A stretch of 64,000 nucleotides of DNA, taken from the NCBI GenBank assembly GCA_051530055.1, contig CM121341.1, positions 16,036,784 through 16,100,783 of the forward strand, in the 5' to 3' direction. The position numbers and the translations under genes are program-made. Below the pieces are notes generated by a model. It ran no database searches, was not told where the DNA came from, and saw only the letters and a program-made list of their open reading frames with translations. The stretch comes from Neoechinorhynchus agilis (taxonomy: Eukaryota > Animalia > Acanthocephala). This document shows, one piece after another, positions 36,441 to 47,645 of the stretch (positions are counted from its first letter, which is position 1; the number at the start of each line of letters is the position of its first letter).

Positions 36441-38889
36441 TTAGAACTGCATCAAGGGGTTGGGATCCCTGTAGTCCGCCGTCATTAAGATATCAGGAAG
36501 AGCATAAAGGAGAGTTCCAATATCGTAGACTGAGATGTTCTCAATAAATGCAATTTCATCCACATTATACCTTCCGTTTGCGTATTTTTTTAGTCTTTCG
36601 AACAAGTGTTTACCGGAAGATGCTGGCGAACACTAAGATCGATTTGTTGCCTGTGAATTCGTCAACATAATCTCTTAACTTCAGCTGATGTTTTGCTGAG
36701 GGCCGCACTGATTATTTGCATCTCGGCTGCTGTTAAATAGAACATACTATCTTCTTCAGCGGAACCACTCAGTCCACTAAAAGAAACCGTTGGTTTACGG
36801 TTGTACTCATTTATTCCGAACATCAGTTTCCTATATTCCAAAACGAACTCGTTCTTGACATCGGGAACCAAGAATAAATACTTATGAACTTGGCAAAGGA
36901 TATCGTGAGCCAACATCCACTCAATCATTGCTACATACTCGCGTTTCTCTCTTCTAGTTCTCTTTACAGCCAATCGATCACCTAGACTTATATACTGCTC
37001 AAAATCCAAAAGCTCACTTACTAGGCTACTGTTCGGAAACTTGACATTAAATTCATTTATATTTGCCGACAAATGATTTAGATGTATGGTCGACACAAGT
37101 ATACTCTTCTCATTTAAGGGATATATTAATTTAGCACGTCGCCAGTAAAGTAAGTGAGCCGCAAAAGTGGTTACCTGACTCAATGTCAAATTCATTTCTA
37201 CTGCGATTTGAGCAAGTGATTGCTTTGGAGTCAAGGCACGGATAAATCTGTACAGGTCATTGACGCAATCGTTTGGGAGAATATTTAACGGTAGTTTGCC
37301 TTTAATTCCATCTTCCGTTAACATCAAAATCGAGTGATATGGCTTAAGAGAGTGAATAGTGATTGTGAATGTAAGTTAAAAAAGATGCAGAATGCCGAGT
37401 GATGTCTTAGTTGAAGATGTTTACAAAGCATTGTTACCCAAATTTAATTTACTCGATATTTTACACCTTTATTAACGCTTTATTCAACCGAATGTCCAAT
37501 CAATGACAGGCGAGTTACGGCATTTCAAAATGTATATAAAATGCGCTTTAAAAATCAGTTCCATATGGAATCATGTGTTTCATTTGTAAACACAAGAAGC
37601 TGGCACAATTGAATTTTTAATTAGAATTCTAAAGTATTGGATTATATTCTAAGAATGGGCTACAGCTAATGAAAGCTAGAAGCAGAAGATAAAATATTTT
37701 ATAAAATTGTCAACGTAAAAAGGTCTTAGTAAATAGAATTTAGGCTGGGCGTTCTATTGAAAGAACCGTGCACCGGGAAGTTATTCAGACAGAAAGGATT
37801 AGATACCTCAAATCACTTTTCATCTTTGCTTAATGTATTTTTCAGGGTTCCTGATTGCATCGAGAAGGGCACAACAGTTGATGGTTTGGCAAGACACAGA
37901 CCGATGTGGGAAGCAATGGGAAACTTGTAGCCATCCATTCAGTGCTACTTTTACCTCCGCGTTTTCTGCAATCTGATCAAATATTTGTTTTAGGAATGAC
38001 GCCAAACTTGATTCCTGGAGCAAATCACAATACCAAATCTCTTCGCATCCACCTTTATTTAACTTGCTGCTATTCGGCTCCACCGTTGTAGAATTCGCAC
38101 TTAAGTTTAACACTCGATTCGCATCGTAAAAAACGTGCATCTGAACAATTTGATCACTCGTATAATTATTTCGCCTGTCTTCAAACCACATTACAGCTGA
38201 AATTGTACTTAGCAGTTCTTTTTGAGGAACAAAATAATTGCCACAAGTAAAAGACGATTGTCTTGTTCCTGTTTATATGATTGAATAATCCATTCGCTGG
38301 TAAATGTGGACTAATAATAAACATATTCTTTTGAAGAATTGTAACAAGACGCTTACGTTCAAAATTACACCAATACTGACAAATTCAGTTGTCGTTTCGG
38401 ATCCACCAAATCGAATTTTTAAGTCGGGCACGGATATTCGAGGCTCCAAGGGTCGAATCAAATTCGACAAAAAGTAGAGATTATCTACCCTTGCGCTATG
38501 ATCTTCACCACTATTAAGACTTTTGGACAAAAAAATTATATCCTCGTCGCATAATCTAAATAAAAAATTTAGGCCGATATCAATGGTGAGTTTTTGGAAT
38601 ACCTCGCAACTTGTTCTTTGGCGTCGGGTGTATAACTCTGACTTGCGAATGCCGCATCGTCACTGTCCTTAAACAAGTCCGAATAGTAGAGATCATGAAA
38701 GGCTTTATCGGATGGCTCAGGAAGGTTAGTGCACGAACTTTCTTGACTTTCACAAAGTGGATATTTGAATAGTACCTTATTGCCGTCGACCAAAAAAATA
38801 GAAACCAATTCACAAGGATGTTTGACCGTTGTTGAACGAGATTCTAATTTTGATGCACTCTGAATAACCTCGGATTTATTGGTTGTCAT
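36441..38889 (-). CDS. NPRL3: GATOR1 complex subunit NPRL3
   Basis: Multi-exon gene with VLFKYP, FEDRRNNY, SSLASFLKQIFD...NGWLQVSHCFPH, KPYHSILML, AAHLLYWRRAKLIYPL and LFERLKKYANGRYNVDEI..EN. It has 46-47 nt canonical introns plus two atypical intervening sequences (see findings). Confidence 0.9.
37343..37828 (-). other. 486-bp TIR/TTAA-flanked intervening sequence in NPRL3
   Basis: Direct repeat ttaagc at both ends and an imperfect ~28-bp inverted repeat just inside. Removal gives ...EKYIKPYH. Confidence 0.7.
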
Positions 38890-39587
38890 ATAAAAGATCT
38901 TTGGAAAGACGAACAGCGCCTATACGTCCAAATTAATAAAACAGTGCAACAAAAAGCTTCAGCGTTGTAAAAACATCTCGCTCAATAATTAGACCAGGCA
39001 ACGATTTATTCCCAAAAATGTTGGATATTTAAAAAATTAACGATAAAATTGCATCAAACAAAGAAATATTCTGAAAAATAAAAGATTGAAAGATGAAAGT
39101 TTTTCGGGCGGAATAATTTTATGACAATCAGTAACTTTGTAGCTCAATTAAATTTCGATGCTTATATTATTGCTAAGGACGGAGGCATTTGACAATTCAA
39201 CTTAAATAAATAACAGTAATTTCTGAGCGGTAGTCCTTATTTTTGTTCATTAAAGCGCGGTGATTTTAGACAAATGACAGCAACATTTCAACAATAAGAC
39301 CTCACGAGTAAGAAAATTAAATACACCAGAAGTCGACACACTTTTCGTCGAAAAACGTAAACCAAAGCTTTATATCTTGACGTCGCGAGATAAATTTTTT
39401 ATTACAATTGTGGTGATCATAAACATGAATTCCCTTTAAATTTGTCACCTTCGTAAAACAATGTAACACGCACATTTTAAATATTTTACTTTCAAATAAA
39501 TAAAATATGTTCAATTCGGCCCGAATTATTTTCTATCGATAATAAATATACCTAAATTCTTCCTTTCACAACGTTCCAAAAATGCAT

Positions 39588-40838
39588 TGACGTCAAGATT
39601 TCATAATTCTTACGTTCTTCCTTTCACGACGTCTTTGCGAAAAGCGCTTCATTCTTAAAGCTAAAAATGGTGCTCGCAAATGATGACAACAATTAGCCTG
39701 TGTTTATGATTCTTCCTTGGAATGATAATATTTTTAATCTGTCTGATGCGCCAGCGATCAATCCAAATCGTTTGTTTCGCATGGTCACTAACATAGATTC
39801 TGTTTGATGTCTTCTTAAATTTTTCAACTATTTCAGTTTTTTACAGGTGGCGAATAAAATGTAGAAGCGTACGCACAAGAAACCCCATTGAACTTGTTCA
39901 AATCGACAACTTGGTTCATAACCTCAAAGCGTTTACATAGCGGTCTTATAATCCTCATTTTTCTTTAACAACGTAATGACGTCACGATTTCATAATTACT
40001 ACGTACTCGCTTTTGTTCTCTAACCTAAAAATGGTGCTCGCAAATGATGACAACAATTAGCCTGTGTTTATGATTCTTCCTTGGAATGATAATATTTTTA
40101 ATCTGTCTGATGCGCCAGCGATCAATCCAAATCGTTTGTTTCGCATGGTCACTAACATAGATTCTGTTTGATGTCTTCTTAAATTTTTCAACTATTTCAG
40201 TTTTTTACAGGTGGCGAATAAAATGTAGAAGCGTACGCACAAGAAACCCCATTGAACTTGTTCAAATCGACAACTTGGTTCATAACCTCAAAGCGTTTAC
40301 ATAAGGGTCTTATAATCCTCATTTTTCTTTAACAACGTAATGACGTCACGATTTCATAATTTCTACGTACTCGCTTTTGTTCTCAAACCTAAAAATGGTG
40401 CTCGCAAATGATGACAACAATTAGCCTGTGTTTATGATCCTTCTTTGGAATGGTGATGTTTTTAATCTGTCTGATGCGCCAGCGATCAATCCAAATCGTT
40501 TGTTTCACATGGTCACTAACATAGATTCTGTTTAATGCCTTCTTAAATTTTTCAATTATTTCAGTTTTTTACAGGTTGCGAATAAAATGTAGAAGCGTAC
40601 GCACAAAAAACTTCATTGAACTTGTTCAAATCGACAACTTGGTTCATAACCTCAAAGCGTTTACATAAGGGTCTTATAATCCTCATTTTTCTTTAACAAC
40701 GTAATGACGTCACGATTTCATAATTTCTACGTACTCGCTTTTGTTCTCAAACCTAAAAATGGTGCTCGCAAATGATGACAACAATTAGCCTGTGTTTATG
40801 ATCCTTCTTTGGAATGGTGATGTTTTTAATCTGTCTGA
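39588..40838. repeat. Tandem array, 364-bp period, ~3.3 copies
   Basis: ctaaaaatggtgctcgc recurs at 39661, 40025, 40389 and 40753. Confidence 0.95.
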
Positions 40839-42598
40839 TACTCATGTAATTAATTCAAACCATTTTCTCGTATGAGTGTTACCGATTATTTTGTACAATG
40901 TTCTTGTATTATCTTTTTTTTGACCAAGTACGTTTAGGTTTTCTAGACCATATTATAAATATCTAGTTTGTTACTGCGATCATTTCATCGATTCCTTTTG
41001 TTCGTCATATCCGATATTCACGTCTTATCAAAATCTCTTAATTTATTGTTTTATATTGTACAGAATATTGAGTTGTGTGTAAACATATTTCTGATCCCAA
41101 CATATTATCCAAATGCTCCCAGACATTCACCTTGAACGAGGGCCTGTGACCTTCAAGCGAAATTCCCGACGTTTCTCACAGTCCCTAACTTCGGATCGCA
41201 CATTTCAGAATTTCTAATACTGCCGGCCCTTCACTCGTTCTCACCGGTTTCCGCTAGCGCATTGATTTTAAACCTTGGGGCACGACCCCATTTGAGGTTG
41301 CTTGGCTTTCCCGTTGGGGTCGTCCGTAATACTAATTTTTTCTTTAAAAATTGTGCATAGCAGCTCTCCACATAATTTTTCTGTACTCCTTAAATCTCAC
41401 TACACTATCACAGGCATTAAAAAACATTACAATATTATAATGACAAGTACTACCCGCCAACATTTTCGTCGTAGATGGCGCTCGAAGCTTTATTGGCTGT
41501 TTCAGAACAAAACATTTCATGGCTGCTTCCAACCGAGAAAGTTTGCTCTACCTCGAATTTGCCGGAAAAAGTCGTAATCATGTACATGTTTTTTTTTCGA
41601 AAATTTGGAAAGTTTTTATTGGTAAATCTACATAAACCTATGGTAGCTCTTTTCCTCTAAATTGTTCCTTCGTGCACGTCTGACACTGTAACTCAATGAG
41701 CTTCAGTTGTCAGTCATTTTGCACTGTGGACTGAAAAAAGATTTTCATCAAACGGATTTCACTCTTGACATTGTAGAAAACTTCAAAAACTCTTCAAACT
41801 TTTCGCTCAGAAGTTTAATAATTCTTCTCTTTGGGAAGCTGATTAAATTTAGCGTGACAAATTTCGACTCAAATAATCGGAATCTGGTATCTGAGGAACA
41901 GCCTCAGACTTCGCGTTAATAAAGCATTAAATGGTAAGTGTGAAATCTTAGTTTATCATCTCTTCTTTGCTCTCCGGTAATGTGGATTAATTTGAACAAG
42001 TTTAATTTCTAAATATTTGCATTAACTTTTGCATGCGTTTTGACCCAGCGATTTATCTAAATGCGGAGAACGGACGGCACATAAGAAAAATTTGGGCACC
42101 GCTACTTTAGATCATTTATTTCATTGAGATCGTAAACATCATATTTTGGTTATAACAGTTTAAAATGGACGTTTCAACGATGAAACTCATACTTTTCGGC
42201 ATGCAAATAATTTTGTCTCTTGCAAATGTTCAACTCTTCGGCTCCTACCACAGTGCCGTCCTTTTTTACAACGCCATAAAATGTTTAGGATTTGTTAGCT
42301 CTTTAGCTACGAACACGATGAATGATATTAGTCGATTTTTTAACTGTTAACATTATCAGCTTTTATAAAATAAAGTTATTAGTGTATTTCAAAAAATAAT
42401 TTACTTAATTCCGTTTCGATAATATGAAAAAATAAAAGGTTAATTCGCTAAGGTTTATTTTTGAGACCTAAAAATAATCCAAAATGACTCTCAGATCATT
42501 CACCGATGTCTAACAGCGACTTATAGATTTATTATTTAATTTTTTATTATGACATAATATAATTTATAGTTATGCTTGTTAAATCGTGCAACCCACCG

Positions 42599-44593
42599 TC
42601 AAAAATAATTAATGGTTTCGATTTCTGTTTTATCCACGCAAACTTCCGTTATCGATTTCAATTCCTTAAATGCTGCGCCGTCAAGATGAGTAATCGGATT
42701 AAGTGAAATATTGAGAATCCTGAGGTTTTTAAAATGCTGCATGGAATGATACGGAAAGTCTTGAATTCCATTGTTAGCCATGTGAAGGAAAATGACTTTT
42801 TCTAGTCCGTAGAACACATCAACGGCACTGAGAATGCTGAGTTGGTTATTTGCAAGATCCAGTGTCAATAGCTCGCCCATGTTTCTAAACGCTCTTGGAA
42901 TAACTTTCGAAATCTCATTGAACTGGAGGCATAGAAATTTAAGACTTTTTAATGAATTTAAATCGTCATAGCCAATAATCGTTATCTCGTTGTAACTCAA
43001 GTCGAGAGAAACAATTTCTCGCTCGCCCGTAAATCTGTGAACGTCTTTGATTTTTGCGAGTTTAAAATGCGTAAATGAAGTAACAGTCGAAGTTTCACTG
43101 AAATACTTGAGACGATCGACATGAGCAGCTTGTAGGGTTAGTTTCGGCATTAATTCCGCGATTCTAGACAATTTGAGAAATGTTTCACCGCTTCGATCTT
43201 CATCATAAACCACTACCGAAAGTGAGTTGTTTTTTACTTTACACGTTTCGACATTTTTTGAGCCAAGTTCGATCGGGTACAAAATCTTGATTCGGTTGTA
43301 TGACAGATCGAGAAGGTTTAGATTGTTTAAGTTGTTCAAAAAAAGTAACGGCAAACTGATTAGTTTATTTTCCGCAAGATATATCTTTTGCAGTAGTACA
43401 TTCTGCTTAAGCATATTCTCCGGCAGCCTCGCCAGTTTGTTTCCACTTAGATTTAGAATAATCAATTTTTTCAGCAACAAAAATACATCCTTTCTAATAC
43501 GACGAATTTTGTTGTAGGAAATGTCGAGATTAGTCAAATTTGTCCATTTTAAGAGGTCACCATGACGCAAGCTACTGATTTTGTTTCCCCGTAGACTTAA
43601 CATTTTAGTTATTTCGTTCGTCCTTCTATTTCCTTCTGGAACTTTTTTTAGATTCGAATTGCGTATAATCCAATCGTTTACATTTGGCATCTTTTTAAGC
43701 AGTCTTCCTTTTATACGACCTGCTTGTCCACCATCAATTTCAAAGGTATTTAATGCAGAAAACTGGAAACGCGGTTTAAACAATTCCGATAATTTTAAGG
43801 TGTATGTAAACTTCAGAATTTCTAATTTTTCAAACTTAGCCATTCGATTTAGTTGAATTTCCCTTATTGGATTGTCATGTATTGTAAGTTTCCTCAGTTT
43901 TGCAAAATATGGCCCATTAGGAATTATAAACTTTTCGATTAGATTATTGGAAAGGTCTAATTCCTCCAAATCGTTCATTTGGATAATGCTGAGAAGACAA
44001 TCATTATTAAGATTGTTATCGGCTAGAACCAAAATTTGTAATTTTGAAAGGTGCTCATGAAATCCATTTCCCAACTTGGCTATATTATTTTTGCATAAAT
44101 CGAGGTTTGTCAATTCTTTAAATTTCTCAAAAGCATTGTCTTCCACTTCCGTAAATCCAACATTTTGGATAACAAGCTCATTGAGATGTTTGAATCGATT
44201 CATTGCAAGTTTTGAAATTTTATATCGTGGTTGATTTTTTCTCTTAGCATAAATAGACACTTGCTTGGAAGAGGGAAAAATTTTGCTGAGATTATTGGGA
44301 ATTTCGTCAAAGAAGATATCATAGATGAACACGTATTCGCTTGAAACGTCAACGTGTAAATTATTCAAAACATCAGAAAGTGAATGACCCACGTGCTCCC
44401 ATCCACATTTGATGTGAATTGAATTGTATTCGATTCTCACGGGATGAGAACATAATTGACTTTCTTTGTCCACTTGATTTGATTTTGTAAATCGAGCTTC
44501 AAAAATCGACGGCTCACATTTAAATGAAGGATAAAGCTCATAAAACAAGAAAAGTGTTATTTCAAGGAATCTCAATGGATGCATTTTGTTCAA
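42599..44593 (-). CDS. Secreted leucine-rich-repeat protein, 664 aa (slit/Toll-ectodomain-like)
   Basis: N-terminal signal peptide and many LxxLxLxxNxL repeats. No TM segment in the open frame, which stops mid-repeat. Confidence 0.88.
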   Translation of the reverse strand: MNKMHPLRFLEITLFLFYELYPSFKCEPSIFEARFTKSNQVDKESQLCSHPVRIEYNSIHIKCGWEHVGHSLSDVLNNLHVDVSSEYVFIYDIFFDEIPNNLSKIFPSSKQVSIYAKRKNQPRYKISKLAMNRFKHLNELVIQNVGFTEVEDNAFEKFKELTNLDLCKNNIAKLGNGFHEHLSKLQILVLADNNLNNDCLLSIIQMNDLEELDLSNNLIEKFIIPNGPYFAKLRKLTIHDNPIREIQLNRMAKFEKLEILKFTYTLKLSELFKPRFQFSALNTFEIDGGQAGRIKGRLLKKMPNVNDWIIRNSNLKKVPEGNRRTNEITKMLSLRGNKISSLRHGDLLKWTNLTNLDISYNKIRRIRKDVFLLLKKLIILNLSGNKLARLPENMLKQNVLLQKIYLAENKLISLPLLFLNNLNNLNLLDLSYNRIKILYPIELGSKNVETCKVKNNSLSVVVYDEDRSGETFLKLSRIAELMPKLTLQAAHVDRLKYFSETSTVTSFTHFKLAKIKDVHRFTGEREIVSLDLSYNEITIIGYDDLNSLKSLKFLCLQFNEISKVIPRAFRNMGELLTLDLANNQLSILSAVDVFYGLEKVIFLHMANNGIQDFPYHSMQHFKNLRILNISLNPITHLDGAAFKELKSITEVCVDKTEIETINYF

Positions 44594-45343
44594 CGTATAA
44601 GATCTTTTCTTTTGCTTTCTTGTACAACTTGATTGTCAGTCTTGATTCAGTCATGAAAAATCATCTTAAAAAGAAACATTCGCAAACACGTTCTTTGCAA
44701 ACGAAATACCAACGTTGAATAACCAGTTGAATCCTTAGGAGTTTTTGTGAGTAATACAAAAGGAGTGTCGAGAATGAGATTCATTAGAAACAATAAAACA
44801 TTGCCGTGCTTAAACTGCAATGATGCGATTGACGTTGGCTTAGTTTCTATATATAACGCCATGTTAATGCCATGAATTCAAATGTCCAATTAAGTCCTAT
44901 AGTTTAATATAGAAAAATTATCATTAGATATAACGGAGAGATACCACTTCTAACATCAAATAGAGTATGTTTATGATGAGTAGAAATCTTAGGTCGATGC
45001 ATTTCTCTAACAAAAGCGTTCTGAGGAAGTTGTTTATGCTTACCGTTAACCAAAACACGGATTAAGAAGGAACAAACAATAAAGTAGTGTTACTTAGGAT
45101 CTCCAAAGATTTCATTACGGATAGCCTGGGAACAAACTTGCAAATAGTTCTAATAAAAGCAGTAACATTTATCTTCACATTCGCATTGTTAAATTACGTG
45201 AGAAAATCATGATTACATTGTGTCAACCGGTAAACCCAGCAATAAAATGCACTTAAATTTCAAGATTTATTCGGTCAAAAATGTAATGCCGCGCAATGGC
45301 AACCACCTCTCCATATTCATTTTTTCGACATCGGTATCAACTT

Positions 45344-45860
45344 TTAACTATCCAGACTTGATTGCCCCTTAATGTATTTGATGTATATGCACTTCCCCAT
45401 ATACACAAATATGTAATTTGGTCCAAGCAGCAAAATTATTATAATCGTAAGAATTTTCCATATGTCCGATTTTGAACTTTGCATACCCGCCTGATAGTTT
45501 TTCTTTTTGGTTCTCGCACTTTGCATGTAATTTATTTAAATACAACGACGAAACAATTGAACCCGAACAATGAATGTGTGGGATTGCATGCCAAAAGATT
45601 CACGCATTGAATTTCTTTTCGTAAAAAAGAAATATTTGTGTTGTTTTTCATGCTATCGTAAAGTGCTGTCAGCATTCAATACTTTTGCCACAACATATTT
45701 CAGAAATTCATTCCTCTGGAAGATGATCGATAAGCGTGTAATTTCCTTTGACAAGATAAATTTTACAGTGCTGGTGACTTACTCATATCATTGATTTGGC
45801 AAGTTAGTGCCCAGTTGGTCCGCAGTGAATATAAGACACTTAAATTAAACAATTCTTTAT
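45344..45860 (-). repeat. Second member of the small-TM dispersed family
   Basis: Shares cggaccaactgggca and cattcattgttcgggttcaattgtttc...atgcaaagtgcga with 5260-5640. ORF 45344-45526 contains LLLGPNYIFV. Confidence 0.6.
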
Positions 45861-46099
45861 TGAATCACGGGAAACCCATTTATTAATTCGGCTTATAGGT
45901 TACACAGGTACTATTCCCCGGTTTCATTAGTATATTTTTCTGACCTTCATGCAAAGATGTCACAAATAAAATCGCATGAGAGTACATTTTTGAATTTTGG
46001 TGTAAATGTGCTTCATTGTGTTGTTTAAAAGAAAGCATTCCTCAGCGCTGTATTGGTTGGAAATGAGATGTATTCATCGCATTTCAGCTTGCTTTGCAT

Positions 46100-46800
46100 A
46101 ATTTTTTCACTTTAATTACCATTAGACACCCGTGCCGTAAAATGATAGTTATTTATGGAGATTCCCTTCCTTGTTGGGTAATTAAATGGACAATTTATGC
46201 TGAGATGCAGCGAACAGCACTGGTTTGCACATCTCCATTAACGAATAAACGATTGGCGATATATAGAATGAACATAATTTTCGCGGATAATGGATATACA
46301 AACGTAACGAGATCATGCGGTTCAAGCGACGGCGTGATTCAAGAAGGAAGAAACGGAACAATGATCATTCACACAATCGATATGAAGGAAAAGCGATTCT
46401 CAAGGTTCCATATATCAGCGAAAAATTCACTAGTGATGCTCGAAAGCTGCTGCGACGATCGAGAATGGATTTCCCGATTGTCCACAGAAGTGCGCCTAAA
46501 CGTAAGCGAATCCTCGCGAGAACTGGGCATAATAAAACGTTGCCCAGCATCGTTCTTCATGTGTACACACCAGGGAAGTCCATGCACACAAATGGCCGAC
46601 AAGACTTGATTTGCACTCGAAGCAACGTGGTCCCGTAAAAATCGCGGGATCATTTACATAGGCAAAAATGAACGGCCTCTGCGTCAACATGCACGAAACA
46701 TATTCGTAATTATTCCGGGCGCAAAATCATGACCACGCTATGGGCAAAGGACAACGCAGAGTGCCAAAGCGGCGAAGTAAAACTCGGACGCAGGTTAGGT
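46100..46800 (+). mobile_element. Penelope-like element remnant (RT C-terminus plus GIY-YIG endonuclease)
   Basis: HP..K...RTALVC....IFADNGY, LKVPYISEKFTSDARKLL, CTRSNVV and IYIGKNERPLR, across frameshifts. Confidence 0.75.
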
Positions 46801-47645
46801 TTGTGGCCAAGGACGCGGAGGCACCACTTAAATCCCCGGTTGTTGGAATGGGAAGCCGAGGGAGAGTTCTAGACATCATCTTGACCAAGTCACAGAACTG
46901 CTAAACAAACTGGACAAATTTTCCGTTTCGATGTCGCTACTTTAAAAATCTTCACATCTTCATGCGCCTTTGTAAATTTCCGAAGAAGCCGTAAGACGGC
47001 GAAAGCTCGAAAATAAAGATTTTCGCTATCATCACAAGAGCCCGCTCAAGTGTCAATTTAGAAATAAAACTTGATTTAGTTCCAAGGCTTCGTTCAAATT
47101 CAAAACACGCCAAAAAGTTCGCTAAGTGTGAAGGATGCTTTCAACGCAGTTTAAAACACCTAGTAATTTATGTTGATGACAAAATTCTTTTTCAGCTTCT
47201 TCGCGCTTTAATGACTGGCACTTTATTTATTTCGCAAAAGGTAGTTTTTCGCAATCAAAAGTTTGCGTCTTGATCCACATTTGCTTAGATGGATGTTGTG
47301 AAACACTGCTGGATTTTCCAACCGCATGATTCTCGATAGCAATGGACATTAATCGCTTGCTTAGGTTAAACTTGAACGACTACGAGCATAACATTAAAGG
47401 CAATGCTACTTTTTCAAGGGAAATTTGCCAATACACAATGCAATGACTTGGTTTCTATACCGCTGAGGTGGTGTCGTTATTCACAAATGTTCTGATTCCG
47501 GAATCTATTAATTTGGCTGCTAATATATTGGTCAGTGTACATACCGAGCCTCACAAAATTTCGACCATTTGACCCAGGCATTATTGTGGTGTACAAAAAA
47601 CGGTTTTCTATTCGAAAAAGGCAATTCGGTTAAAATAATATTTCT

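Noticed and set aside
37371-37845. Apparent plus-strand intron (gtaagt...tttttcag) suggesting an inverted intron in NPRL3
   Set aside because: Flipping it leaves 32 extra exonic nt (out of frame), and the 'acceptor' is simply the antisense of coding NPEKY.
39588-40838. Tandem array as a CRISPR array or integrase coding repeat (RNPIELVQID)
   Set aside because: The units are near-identical 364-mers with no unique spacers, and the motif is short and surrounded by stops.
43227-44060. Plus-strand ORFs opposite the LRR gene, and similar ORFs opposite the protocadherin, CDK10 and CIP2A-like genes
   Set aside because: Antisense shadows with no recognisable motifs.
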